From NCBI GenBank assembly GCA_964477695.1, contig CAYZFN010000212.1:10974-74973 (forward strand): 64,000 nucleotides of DNA. The letters are read 5' to 3'. Position 1 is the first letter of the stretch, and every line of letters begins with the position of its first letter. Shown here piece by piece: positions 35,415 through 45,217 of the stretch. The notes beneath the pieces were generated by a model that saw nothing but the letters and a program-made list of their open reading frames with translations, was not told the origin of the DNA and made no database searches. Source of the DNA: an uncultured Enterobacteriaceae bacterium (GTDB lineage Bacteria; Pseudomonadota; Gammaproteobacteria; Burkholderiales; SG8-39). The position numbers were made by a program, and so were the translations under genes.

Positions 35415-38300
35415 ATGTCGCCTTCCCCGCTGATTCCCCGGCTGGCCCGCATTTCCAGGACCGCCTATGGCCTCGTCGCGCTGCTCGGCGCGATGGCCAT
35501 TTGGGGCTGGGCCATCGACGTGCCGGTGCTGCGCGATCTCGGCGCGGACTTCGCGCCGATGCCGCCGTCGGGCGCGCTGGCCTTCGTGCTGCTGGCGAGC
35601 AGCTTCTTCGCCGCGCGCGAGGCGCGCCTGCGCGCCTCGCGCGCGGCGGCGGCGCTCGCAGCCGTGATCGCGCTGCTCACGCTCGTCGAGGCGCTCGCCG
35701 GCGTGCGGCTCGGCATGAGCTTCGCGTGGCTCGCGCCGTACCAGAGCGCCGACATGCCGGCGCGCATGTCGATCGCGGCCTGCCTGACGCTGCTTCTCCT
35801 CGCGGCGGCGACGCCGCTCGAGCGTGCGCCGAAGGTGTTCGGCATGTGCGCGAACAGCGTCGCCGCGGGGGTGATCGGCGCGGTGGCGTTCTTCGCGCTG
35901 CTCGGCCTGAGCCTGCGCGTGCTGCGCTTCGACATCGCCGCACCGCTGCTCGGCTTCTCGGCCCCCGCCGCCGTGGCCACGATGCTGGCGGCCATCGCGC
36001 TGGCCGCTGCGCGCCCGACGCCATGGCTCATCGATACGCTGAGCGGCGCGCGGACCGGCGCGGTCGTGACGCGCTGGCTCCTGCCGGCGGCGTTCATCGT
36101 TCCGCTGGCCGTCGGCTGGATGCGCCTGTTCGCCGAGCGCGAGGGCATCTTCGGCGAAGCGTTCGGCATGGCGCTGTTCACCGTGCTGATGATCGTCACG
36201 CTCTCGGCGCTGATCGTCTGGGTCGCGCGCACGCTCGACCAGATCGAGGCGCAGCGCGCGCACGCCGAAGGCGAGGCGACCGAGCAGCGCGAGTGGCTGC
36301 AGGTCACGCTGGCGAGCGTGGGCGACGGCGTGATCGCCACCGACGCGGCCGGCCGCGTGCGCTTCCTCAACCCGGCGGCGCAGCGGCTCACCGGGTGGCG
36401 CGCGGCCGAGGCGGCCGGCCGGCCGATCGACGAGCTGGTGCAGCTCTTCGACGAGCGCAACGGCGGGCCGCTCGCCAATCCGCTGAAGAGCACGCTGCAG
36501 AGCCGCAGCGCGGCCGCGGCGGGCGGCGAGCCGGCGCTGCGCTCGAGGAGCGGCGCGGCGCATCCCGTGGCGGTCAATGCCGCGCCGATCGTCGACGCAG
36601 GCGCCGCGCTGCGCGGCGCGGTGCTCGTGCTGCGCGAGGTGGCGGCGCAGCGCCAGGCCGAGCGCGCGATGCGCGAGGCCTACACCGAGCTCGACCAGCG
36701 CGTCGTGCGCCGGACCGCCGCTCTCGAGCGCGCCAGCGCCGCGCTGCGTGAACGAAACGCGCTGCTCAACGCCATCACCACCGGCACGCCCGACCTCATC
36801 TACGCGAAGGACCGCGAGGGGACGCTGCTCATGGCGAACCCCGCCTGGATGAAGGCGGTCGGCTCGGCCGGGCGCGAGCGCGCGGCGCTCGACGATTCGG
36901 ACCGCCTGGTGCTCGAGTCGGGCGAGACCATGATCCTCGAGGAGATCATCGGCGGACGGACCTACCTCGTCTCGAAGTCGCCGCTGCGCGACGAGCACGA
37001 TCGCGTCATGGGCCTGATCGGCGTCGCGACCGACATCACCGAGCGCAAGCAGGCGCAGCGCGAGCTCGAGAAGCTCGTGGTCGCCGAGCAGCGCCTGCGC
37101 GCCGAGGCGGAGCGCGCCAACCGCGCCAAGGACGAGTTCCTCGCCATCGTCTCGCACGAGCTGCGCTCGCCGCTCAACGCGCTGCGCGGCTGGAGCCACC
37201 TGCTCGCCACCACGCGGCCGCTCGACGGGTCGCTCATCGAGCGCGCCTCGCGCGCGATCAAGCGCAATGTCGACCACCAGACGCGCCTGATCGACGACTT
37301 GCTCGACACATCGCGCATCGTCAGTGGCAAGCTCACCATCGACCGGCGCGTGGTCAACCTGTGCGAGATCGTGATCGCCGCGCTCGACGCGGCGCGGCCG
37401 GTGGCCGCGGCGAAGGCGATCGAGCTGCGCTTCACCCCGGACGACCCGGACATCATGGTGATCGGCGACTCGGGGCGCCTGCAGCAGGTGGTCTCGAACC
37501 TGCTCTCCAACGCGGTCAAGTTCACCCCGGAGAAGGGCGAGGTGTCGGTGCGCCTGATGAAGAACGCCGAGCGGGTGCAATTGCAGGTGAAGGACAACGG
37601 CATCGGCATTGCGCCCGAGTTCCTGCCGCACGTCTTCGACCGCTTCAGCCAGGCGGACACGTCCGCTGCGCGCCGCGCCGGGGGGCTCGGCATCGGCTTG
37701 GCGCTGGTGCGGCATATCGCGCTCCTGCACGGCGGCCAGGTGCGCGCCGACAGCCCCGGCGTCGGGCGCGGCGCGACCTTCACCATCGATCTGCCCGGTG
37801 CGCCGGCGGCGGCGGTGCTGGCGCTGGCCGACGCGCCCTCGCAGAACGAACGGCGCCGCTCGACCGCAGGCGCGCTCGCCGCCGTGCGCGTCTGGATGGT
37901 CGACGACGACACCGACGCGCACGAAGTCGTCTCGTTGACGCTGCACCAGGCGGGCGCCGAGGTGCAGGCGTTCGGCGCGAGCGCGGAGCTGGCCGCGGCG
38001 CTCGAGGCGAAGCTGCCGGCGGGCGGGCCCGTGGTGCTGCTCATCGACCTTGCGATGCCCGGCGAGGACGGCTTCACGGCGCTGCGCCGCGCGCGCGCGA
38101 TCGAGATGGCGCGCGGCTGCGAGCGCACCATTCCTGCCATCGCGCTCACCGCGTTCACCCAGATCGAGCGCGAGCGCCTGACGGCGGCCGGCTTCGCCGA
38201 CCGCGTCGACAAGCCGGTCGACGCCGACAAGCTGATCGCCGCGATCCGCGCCGCGTTGAAGACCGAGCAGCGCGGCGAGCGGCGCTCGGTCGCCTCCTAG
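35415..38300 (+). CDS. Hybrid sensor histidine kinase (multi-TM N-domain, PAS x2, HisKA, HATPase, REC)
   Basis: About 8 N-terminal TM helices and two PAS domains. H-box IVSHELRSPLNAL; G-boxes DNGIGIAP, GLGIGLALVRHIALLHGG. C-terminal REC VWMVDDD..LIDLAMPGEDG..KP. Confidence 0.9.
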   Translation: MSPSPLIPRLARISRTAYGLVALLGAMAIWGWAIDVPVLRDLGADFAPMPPSGALAFVLLASSFFAAREARLRASRAAAALAAVIALLTLVEALAGVRLGMSFAWLAPYQSADMPARMSIAACLTLLLLAAATPLERAPKVFGMCANSVAAGVIGAVAFFALLGLSLRVLRFDIAAPLLGFSAPAAVATMLAAIALAAARPTPWLIDTLSGARTGAVVTRWLLPAAFIVPLAVGWMRLFAEREGIFGEAFGMALFTVLMIVTLSALIVWVARTLDQIEAQRAHAEGEATEQREWLQVTLASVGDGVIATDAAGRVRFLNPAAQRLTGWRAAEAAGRPIDELVQLFDERNGGPLANPLKSTLQSRSAAAAGGEPALRSRSGAAHPVAVNAAPIVDAGAALRGAVLVLREVAAQRQAERAMREAYTELDQRVVRRTAALERASAALRERNALLNAITTGTPDLIYAKDREGTLLMANPAWMKAVGSAGRERAALDDSDRLVLESGETMILEEIIGGRTYLVSKSPLRDEHDRVMGLIGVATDITERKQAQRELEKLVVAEQRLRAEAERANRAKDEFLAIVSHELRSPLNALRGWSHLLATTRPLDGSLIERASRAIKRNVDHQTRLIDDLLDTSRIVSGKLTIDRRVVNLCEIVIAALDAARPVAAAKAIELRFTPDDPDIMVIGDSGRLQQVVSNLLSNAVKFTPEKGEVSVRLMKNAERVQLQVKDNGIGIAPEFLPHVFDRFSQADTSAARRAGGLGIGLALVRHIALLHGGQVRADSPGVGRGATFTIDLPGAPAAAVLALADAPSQNERRRSTAGALAAVRVWMVDDDTDAHEVVSLTLHQAGAEVQAFGASAELAAALEAKLPAGGPVVLLIDLAMPGEDGFTALRRARAIEMARGCERTIPAIALTAFTQIERERLTAAGFADRVDKPVDADKLIAAIRAALKTEQRGERRSVAS

Positions 38301-38390
38301 CCGTATCTGGCTGTCCGCTTTTCGCGGCGCACGGGCGTGCGTCCGCGCGGGGAAGCGCGTTAAGCGATAGAGTGCGCCGGGAAAAAGCCG

Positions 38391-40595
38391 ATGGCGCCAC
38401 AACAAAGCGAACACGCAGACCGCGACGCGCTGCGCCGTTTCCAGGCGGCGATGGACATGTCGGCCGACGCCATTTTCCTCACCGAGCGCGCGAGCATGCG
38501 CTTCATCTACGTGAACGATGCGGTCTGCGCCGAGCTCGGCTACTCACGCGAGCAGCTGCTGCGCATGGGCCCGCAGGACATCTTCGCCAGGTCGCGGGCG
38601 CTTCTCGAAGCTTCCTTCGACGAGCTGATCGCCCGGGGCGGCGACCCCGCGCCCCAGGAGCTGTCCTATCGCGCCGCGAACGGCCACGAGCGCTGGACCG
38701 AGATCCACCGGCGCGCGCTGCGCGCCGGCGACGACTGGATCGTCGTCACGGTCGCGCGCGACATCACTGACCGCAAGATCGCCGAGCAGCGCAGCGCGCG
38801 GCACTTGCGCCGCCAGGAGCGCATCGCGCGCTTCGGCCAGGAGGCGATCGCCACGCGCGATGCCGCGATCCTCGCCGGCGACGCGGTGCAGACGGTCCTC
38901 GAAGCGCTCGGCGCCGAGGCGGTGGGGTACCTGGAGCCCGGGCCGTCCGCCGGGCAGGCGGTGCTGCGCAAGCTCGTCGGCGCGGGCGACCCTACTGCGC
39001 ACGTCGGCGTCGTGCCGCTCCGGCCCGGGCAGGCGCTGGCGCGCGCGTTCGCGGGCGACGCACCGCTGCTCGCCGGCGGGAGCGACCTCGGCATGCACTG
39101 GTGCGCCGGCTGCTCGAGCGTCGCGCTGGTCGGCGTGCGCGGCGAGCAGGCGGTGCGCGGCGTCCTCTGCGCGGGCCACAAGGCGCCCGAGGAATTCGAC
39201 GCCGAGGCGCTGAACTTCCTCGGCGCCGTGGCGAGCGTGCTGTCGGCCGGGCTGCAGCGCATCGACAGCGAAGCGCGCCTGTCCTACCTCGCGCAGTTCG
39301 ACGCGCTCACCGGGCTGCCCAACCGGGCACTGCTGCTCGACCGCTTCTCCCAGGCGCTCGTGCAGGCGCGACGCCGCCAGACGTCGCTCGGCGTGCTGTT
39401 CATCGACCTCGACGAGTTCAAGGCCGTGAACGACACGCTCGGCCACGCGGCGGGCGACGAGCTGCTCAAGCTCACGGCGAGCCGCCTGCAGGAGGCGGTG
39501 CGGGCTGGCGACACGGTGGCGCGCATCGCCGGCGATGAGTTTGCGGTGGTGCTTGCCGACCTTGCCCGCATGGACGACGCCGCGCTGGTAGCCCAGAAGG
39601 TGATCACGCGGCTCGCGCAACCGATCGCCTTGCGCGGGCAGGAGACGCTCGTCACCGCGAGCATCGGCATCGCCACCTTTCCGAGCGACGGGCAGGAATG
39701 CGAAGCGCTGCTCGCCGCGGCCGACGCGGCGATGTACCGGGCGAAGCAGTCGGGCCGCAACATGTACCAGTTCTTCACCGCCGACCTGAACGTGCGCCTG
39801 CGCGCGAGAGTGCAGACCCTGGCAGAGCTGCGGCGCGCGCTCGAGCGCGGCGAGCTCGAGGTGCATTACCAGCCGAAGTTCGATCTGCGCCGGCGCATGC
39901 CGTGCGGCGCGGAAGCGCTGCTGCGCTGGCGCCATCCGTCGCGCGGCCTGACGCCGCCCGCCGAATTCATACCCCTGCTGGAAGAATCCGGACTGATCGT
40001 TCCGGCGGGCGAGTGGGTGCTCGAGCGCGCCTGTCGCGACCTCAAGGAAACGCAGGGGCTCGGCCACGCTGCGCTGCCGGTGGCCGTGAACCTGTCGGCG
40101 CGCCAGTTCCGCCAGCGCGATCTGGCGCCGCGGCTGCGCAGCATCGTCGACGCGGTAGGCGTGGCGCCCGAGCTGATCGACCTCGAGATCACGGAAAGCC
40201 AGCTGATGCAGGACGCCGAGCACGCGGTGGCCGTGTTGCGCGAGCTGCGCGAAGCGGGCATCGGCCTCGCGATCGACGATTTCGGCACCGGCTACTCGAG
40301 CCTCTCGTACCTGACGCGCTTCCCCGTCTCGGCCCTGAAGATCGATCGCTCCTTCGTGCTGCGCTCGCTGGAAGAGCAGGCCGCCGCGGCGATCGTGCGC
40401 ACCATCATCGAGATGGCGCATACGCTCGGCTTCACCGTGATCGCCGAAGGCATCGAGACCGAGGCTCAGGCGGCGTTCCTGCAAGGCCTGGGCTGCGACC
40501 AGGGCCAGGGCTACCTTTTCGCGCGCCCGGCGCCGATCGCCGCGCTGCGCCAGTTGATGCCGCGCTTGCCGGACGAGCCGCTCAGGAGCCCCTAG
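38391..40595 (+). CDS. PAS-GAF-GGDEF-EAL signalling protein
   Basis: PAS domain (..[20 protein letters not shown]..). A GAF-like middle region. GGDEF domain with the variant motif [12 protein letters not shown] domain with [25 protein letters not shown]. Confidence 0.9.
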   Translation: MAPQQSEHADRDALRRFQAAMDMSADAIFLTERASMRFIYVNDAVCAELGYSREQLLRMGPQDIFARSRALLEASFDELIARGGDPAPQELSYRAANGHERWTEIHRRALRAGDDWIVVTVARDITDRKIAEQRSARHLRRQERIARFGQEAIATRDAAILAGDAVQTVLEALGAEAVGYLEPGPSAGQAVLRKLVGAGDPTAHVGVVPLRPGQALARAFAGDAPLLAGGSDLGMHWCAGCSSVALVGVRGEQAVRGVLCAGHKAPEEFDAEALNFLGAVASVLSAGLQRIDSEARLSYLAQFDALTGLPNRALLLDRFSQALVQARRRQTSLGVLFIDLDEFKAVNDTLGHAAGDELLKLTASRLQEAVRAGDTVARIAGDEFAVVLADLARMDDAALVAQKVITRLAQPIALRGQETLVTASIGIATFPSDGQECEALLAAADAAMYRAKQSGRNMYQFFTADLNVRLRARVQTLAELRRALERGELEVHYQPKFDLRRRMPCGAEALLRWRHPSRGLTPPAEFIPLLEESGLIVPAGEWVLERACRDLKETQGLGHAALPVAVNLSARQFRQRDLAPRLRSIVDAVGVAPELIDLEITESQLMQDAEHAVAVLRELREAGIGLAIDDFGTGYSSLSYLTRFPVSALKIDRSFVLRSLEEQAAAAIVRTIIEMAHTLGFTVIAEGIETEAQAAFLQGLGCDQGQGYLFARPAPIAALRQLMPRLPDEPLRSP

Positions 40596-42009
40596 GAGGC
40601 GCTTCGCCGTAGGCGCCGAGCGGCGGCGCTACCGCCTCGAGCGGCTTGCGCTCCGCGTCGACGCCGAGGAACGCGGCGACGAGCGCCGCGCTGCACATCA
40701 GCGCGGCGGCGAAGGCGTACGCGGCGAACAGATGGGTGCGGCTGCCGCCCTCGATCATCGCGCCGAAGAGCGGCGGGCCGGCGAAGCCGCCGAGCGCGGT
40801 GCCCGCCGCATAGAAAAGCGAGATCGCCACCGCGCGCATCTCGAGCGGAAACACCTCGCTCACCGTCAGGTAGGCCGAGCTCGCCGCCGCCGAAGCGACG
40901 AAGAAGATGCTCGACCACGCGAACGCCAGGCCGAGCGGACCGATCAGCGACGCGCTGAAGGCGTAGCCGGTGGCGAACAGCCCGATTCCGGACAGCGCAT
41001 AGGTGCTGGCGATCATCACGCGCCGGCCGAGCGCGTCGAAGAGCCGCCCGAGCACGAGCGGGCCCAGGAAGTTGCCCACCGCGAAGGGAAAGATGTAATA
41101 GCCGACGCTCGCTTCCGGGACGCCGTAGAAGCGCGCGAGGACGAGCCCATAGGTGAAGAAGATGGCGTTGTAGAAGAAGGCCTGCGAAGCCATGAGCGTG
41201 AGGCCGAGCACGGTGCGGCGCCGGTAGCGGCCGAGCAGCACGCGCAGGATCTGCGTCCACGAGGCGCCGCCGAAGGCGCGCAGCGCCATGCCGCCGGGAC
41301 GCGGCTCGTGCGCTACGCCGATCTCGGCTTCGATCGCGCCCACGATCGTCTCCGCTTCTTCGCCCCGGCCGTGCGTCAGCAGCCAGCGCGGGCTTTCCGG
41401 CATGTGCCGGCGCACGAGCAGGATGCCGAAACCGAGCATCGCCCCGAGGCCGAACGCGAGCCGCCAGGCGATGTCCGGGGCAAGCAAGCCCGGCCGCAGG
41501 AGCACGATGCTCAGGGCGGCGCCCAGGGCCGCGCCGACCCAGAAGCTGCCGTTGACCGCGAGATCGACCGTGCCGCGCAGGCGCGCCGGAATGAGCTCGT
41601 CGATCGCCGAATTGATGGCGGCATACTCGCCGCCGATGCCGAAGCCGGTGAGCGCGCGGCACAGGGCGAACGTGAGGAGGCTGAACGAGAGCGAGGTAAG
41701 CACCGTGGCGGCGAGATAGACCGCCAGCGTGGCGAGGAACATGCGCTTGCGGCCGAGCCGGTCGGCGAGCCGGCCGAACACCAGCGCGCCGGCGACCGCG
41801 CCGCCGACATAGGCCGAGGCCGCCCAGCCGATCTCGGCGGCGGAAAGTCCGAGCGTGTCGGCACGCCCGAGCGTCGGGCCAAGGGCGCCGACCACCGTCA
41901 CCTCGAGGCCGTCGAGCAGCCAGCTCACGCCGAGCGCGATCACTACCCGCCAGTGCCAGCGCGACCATGGCAGGCGGTCGAGGCGGGCCGGGATCGCGCT
42001 CTCGAGCAT
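40582..42009 (-). CDS. MFS transporter (metabolite:H+ symporter-like)
   Basis: 12-TM layout with the MFS signature ..[13 protein letters not shown].. and ..PESPRWL... ATG 42009 ([16 protein letters not shown]). Confidence 0.85.
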   Translation of the reverse strand: MLESAIPARLDRLPWSRWHWRVVIALGVSWLLDGLEVTVVGALGPTLGRADTLGLSAAEIGWAASAYVGGAVAGALVFGRLADRLGRKRMFLATLAVYLAATVLTSLSFSLLTFALCRALTGFGIGGEYAAINSAIDELIPARLRGTVDLAVNGSFWVGAALGAALSIVLLRPGLLAPDIAWRLAFGLGAMLGFGILLVRRHMPESPRWLLTHGRGEEAETIVGAIEAEIGVAHEPRPGGMALRAFGGASWTQILRVLLGRYRRRTVLGLTLMASQAFFYNAIFFTYGLVLARFYGVPEASVGYYIFPFAVGNFLGPLVLGRLFDALGRRVMIASTYALSGIGLFATGYAFSASLIGPLGLAFAWSSIFFVASAAASSAYLTVSEVFPLEMRAVAISLFYAAGTALGGFAGPPLFGAMIEGGSRTHLFAAYAFAAALMCSAALVAAFLGVDAERKPLEAVAPPLGAYGEAPPRGS

Positions 42010-42040
42010 CGGTATAGTCTTGGACCGGGGAGGAGGCGAA

Positions 42041-42904
42041 ATGATCGGCTTCATCGGCCTGGGCGTGATGGGCGAGCCCATGTGCCGCCATCTGGCGGCG
42101 AAAAGCGGAAGCGCCGTGCTTGCTTTCGACCTGCGGCGCGAGCCGCTCGAGCGGCTCGCCGTGCTCGGCGTGGCAGCGGCGTCGGCGGTACGCGACGTCG
42201 CCGAGCGTTGCGAATGGGTGTTCCTGTCGCTGCCCGGCGGCGCGGAGGTGAAGGAGACGTGCGTCGGACACGCGAGCCTGCTCATGCTCCTCAAGCCCGG
42301 CAGTACCGTGGTCGATCTCGGCACCACGCCGGTCGCCACGACGCGCGAGCTGCACGGCCGCTTCGCGGCGCGCGGCATCCATTTCGTCGACGCGCCGGTC
42401 GCGCGGACGCGCGCCGCCGCGCAGGAAGGCAGGCTGTCGGCGATGGTGGGCGCGGCCGAAGCCGATTTTGCGCGGGTGCAGCCGCTGCTCGCGCACTTCG
42501 CGAGCGACGTCACGCGCTGCGGCGGACCCGGCGCCGGACAGGCGATGAAGATCATCAACAACATGGTGCTGTTCCAGAACGTCGTGGCCCTCGCCGAGGC
42601 GCTCGCGCTCGTGCGCGGCCTCGAGCTCGATGCCGCCCTGGCCCTGCAGGTGCTGGCGAAGGGATCCGCGGACAGCTTCGCGCTGCGCAACCACGCGATG
42701 AAGGCGATGCTTCCGGAAGACTACCCCGAGCGTGCCTTCTCGGTGAGCTACGCGCTGAAGGACATCGGCTACGCGCTCGAGCTCGCGCGACTGGTGGGCG
42801 CCGAGCTGAGCGGCGCGGCGAACGCGCAGGCGCTCCTCGAGCGCGCCGCCGCGGCGGGCCATGCCGCGGAATACTTCCCCGTAATCGCAAGAGTGATTCG
42901 ATAA
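42041..42904 (+). CDS. NAD(P)-dependent 3-hydroxyisobutyrate dehydrogenase-family oxidoreductase
   Basis: Rossmann motif MIGFIGLGVMGEPM with an AGGAGG SD. ..GAGQAMKIINNM.. is typical of the HIBADH/6PGDH-NAD-binding family. Confidence 0.85.
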   Translation: MIGFIGLGVMGEPMCRHLAAKSGSAVLAFDLRREPLERLAVLGVAAASAVRDVAERCEWVFLSLPGGAEVKETCVGHASLLMLLKPGSTVVDLGTTPVATTRELHGRFAARGIHFVDAPVARTRAAAQEGRLSAMVGAAEADFARVQPLLAHFASDVTRCGGPGAGQAMKIINNMVLFQNVVALAEALALVRGLELDAALALQVLAKGSADSFALRNHAMKAMLPEDYPERAFSVSYALKDIGYALELARLVGAELSGAANAQALLERAAAAGHAAEYFPVIARVIR

Positions 42905-42915
42905 TCCGGCGCACC

Positions 42916-44355
42916 ATGAACGGAAATCCGCTCGACCTGCGCGCCTGGCTGGCAGCGATCGACAAGCTCGGCGAGCTGCGCGAAGTACGCGGCGCCGACG
43001 CGAAGCTGGAGCTCGGCGCGATCAGCGAGCTCAACGTGAAGCGCGAAGGGGCGCCGGCGCTCCTTTTCGACGAGATCGCCGGCTACCCGAAGGGCTTTCG
43101 CGTTCTGACCTGCAGCACGTCGAGCCCGGCGCGCCTGTCCTCGATCCTGCGGCTGCCGCTGCAGCGCACGCACAAGGGCCTCGTCGAGGCGCTGCGCGGC
43201 CGGCCGGCGCAGTGGCAGGGCGCGGCGCGCGACTTTCCCCGCATGACCGTGCGGCAGGGCGCGGCGCTCGAGAACGTCGAGCGCAAGCCGGACCTGCTGC
43301 GCTTCCCCGCGCCGCTCTGGCACGAGCACGACGGCGGTCCCTATATCGGTACCGGCTGCTCGGTGGTGACCCGCGATCTCGGCTCCGACTGGATCAACGT
43401 CGGCACGTACCGGGTGCAGCTGCTCGACGCCCGGCACGTCGCGCTCGACATGGTTCCGGGAAAGCACGGCCGCATCCATTACGAGAAGCACAAAGCCGCG
43501 GGCAAGCGCTTTCCGGTCGCCATCGTGCTCGGCGCCGATCCGCTGACTTACCTCATCTCCGGCATCGAGGTGCCGTTCGGCATGTGCGAGTACGACTACA
43601 TGGGAGCGATCCTCGGCGAGCCGGTTCAGGTCCTGTCGGGAGAAAAAACCGGCCTGCCGTTCCCCGCCGCGGCGGAAATCGTGCTCGAGGGTTTCGTCGA
43701 GCCGAACGACGAGCGCAGCGAAGGACCGTTCGGCGAATTTCACGGCTACTACCCCGGCAAGGAGGGCAGCGCCCCCGCCGTCACGGTCGAGTGTGTCTAC
43801 TTCAGGAACGAGCCGATCATCATCGGCAGCCCGCCCGCCAAGCCGCCGAACGACTACTCTTATTCCAAGGCGGTGATGCGCTCGGCGCTGCTGCACGACG
43901 CGCTGGTCGCGGCCGGCGTGCCCGACGTTGCCGCTGTCTGGGCGCACGAGATCGGCGGCGCCCGCATGTTCAACGTCGTCGCGATCAAGCAGCGCTACGC
44001 CGGGCACGCGCGCCAGGCGGGGCACATCCTCTCGCAGTGCGGCGTCGGCGCGTACATGTCGCGCTACTCCGTGGTGGTCGACGAGGACATCGATCCAGCC
44101 AACCTCCAGGAGGTCATGTGGGCCGTGGCGACGCGCACCGACCCGGCGATCGACATCGACATCATCCAGCGCGGCATGGGCTCGAAGAACGACCCGATGT
44201 TCGTCGCCTACCCGTACGCGGCGCCGTTCAGCTCCAAGGCCGTGATCGACGCCTGCCGGCCGTGGGATCACCTCGCCGAGTTTCCCGCGGTCGCCGAGGC
44301 GAGCAAAGCGCTGCAGGAGAAGACCCGCGCGAAGTGGAAGGACCTGCTCGGCTAG
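42916..44355 (+). CDS. UbiD-family (prFMN-dependent) decarboxylase
   Basis: ..DLRAWLAAIDKLGEL.., ..GPYIGTGCSVVTRD..NVGTYRVQ.., ..EGPFGEFHGYY.. are hallmark UbiD blocks. Only the last 480 codons of the 1207-aa ORF are real. Confidence 0.9.
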   Translation: MNGNPLDLRAWLAAIDKLGELREVRGADAKLELGAISELNVKREGAPALLFDEIAGYPKGFRVLTCSTSSPARLSSILRLPLQRTHKGLVEALRGRPAQWQGAARDFPRMTVRQGAALENVERKPDLLRFPAPLWHEHDGGPYIGTGCSVVTRDLGSDWINVGTYRVQLLDARHVALDMVPGKHGRIHYEKHKAAGKRFPVAIVLGADPLTYLISGIEVPFGMCEYDYMGAILGEPVQVLSGEKTGLPFPAAAEIVLEGFVEPNDERSEGPFGEFHGYYPGKEGSAPAVTVECVYFRNEPIIIGSPPAKPPNDYSYSKAVMRSALLHDALVAAGVPDVAAVWAHEIGGARMFNVVAIKQRYAGHARQAGHILSQCGVGAYMSRYSVVVDEDIDPANLQEVMWAVATRTDPAIDIDIIQRGMGSKNDPMFVAYPYAAPFSSKAVIDACRPWDHLAEFPAVAEASKALQEKTRAKWKDLLG

Positions 44356-44364
44356 GAGCCGGGT

Positions 44365-44760
44365 TCAGCGGCCGAAGAGCTTGCGCGCGCGCTCGGCGAG
44401 CGGGATGAGCACGCGCAGGAGCTCCTCGGGATCGCATGGCTTCGCGAGGTGGTGGTCGAAGCCGATCTGCTGCGCGAGCAGGCGGTCCGAGCCCTGGGTC
44501 CAGGTGCCCGAGATGGCGACGAGCAGCGGTGCCGGCAGCGGATAAAACATGTTGCGCAGCTCCTGCGCCACCGCGTAGCCGCTCATGCCGGGCATCTGCA
44601 GGTCGATGACGGCGACGTCCGGCCTGAGAAAGCGCGCCGCCTTAAGCACCTCCTCGCCGCGGTGCACCCCCTGCACGCTGTGGCCCTCGTCGCGCAGGAT
44701 CGTGGCGAGCGTCCACACCGTGTCGCGATCGTCGTCGGCAATGAGGATGCGCAGTCCCAA
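44365..44760 (-). CDS. Single-domain response regulator (CheY-like receiver)
   Basis: ILIADDDRD..VAVIDLQMPGMSG..ISG..LAKP. TTG start with no clear SD. Confidence 0.8.
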   Translation of the reverse strand: MGLRILIADDDRDTVWTLATILRDEGHSVQGVHRGEEVLKAARFLRPDVAVIDLQMPGMSGYAVAQELRNMFYPLPAPLLVAISGTWTQGSDRLLAQQIGFDHHLAKPCDPEELLRVLIPLAERARKLFGR

Positions 44761-44795
44761 GCGCGCTGATTGTAGGGACCTCTTTATGACAGGAA

Positions 44796-45170
44796 TTAGC
44801 GCGCGTGCAGCTTCTGCAGCAACGCGACCAGAGCGTGGATCTCGACCGGCTTCACGAGGTAATGGTCGAAGCCCGCCATGCGCGCGGCGAGCTTGTCGGA
44901 GGGCTCGGCCGCGCCGGTCACGGCGACGATCACCGGCTTCGGCGCGCGTTTGTAATCGCGTAGCGCGCGCGCCACATCGAAGCCGGTGGTCTCGGGCATG
45001 CCGATGTCAAGCAGCACGACGTCCGGGCGGGTGCTGTCCGCCTGCCGGATCGCGGAGGCTCCGGAATAGGCGGCCGAGGCGTGGTATCCCTGAACGTTGA
45101 GCAACGCGACGAGCGCGTCTGCGGCATCCTTGTTGTCGTCGACGACGAGAATCGTCAGCGGCGCAGCCAT
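44796..45170 (-). CDS. Single-domain response regulator (CheY-like receiver)
   Basis: ILVVDDNKD..VVLLDIGMPETTG..VTG..LVKP. Confidence 0.85.
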   Translation of the reverse strand: MAAPLTILVVDDNKDAADALVALLNVQGYHASAAYSGASAIRQADSTRPDVVLLDIGMPETTGFDVARALRDYKRAPKPVIVAVTGAAEPSDKLAARMAGFDHYLVKPVEIHALVALLQKLHAR

Positions 45171-45217
45171 TGCGCCCGAGTCTAGCGGAAAAGGTCCTCC
45201 GGCAAACGTCCGAGTAG

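Noticed and set aside
34617-38414. 1265-aa minus-strand ORF, the longest in the track
   Set aside because: It is antisense to the YqjE/K-like genes and the hybrid kinase. The product is Arg/Ala/Gly/Pro-rich with no motifs, a typical high-GC shadow ORF.
40732-42915. N-terminal 728 codons of the 1207-aa plus-strand ORF
   Set aside because: They are antisense to the MFS transporter and out of frame with the HIBADH-like gene, and the composition is low-complexity Arg/Ala/Glu. Only the part from ATG 42916 (UbiD) looks like protein.
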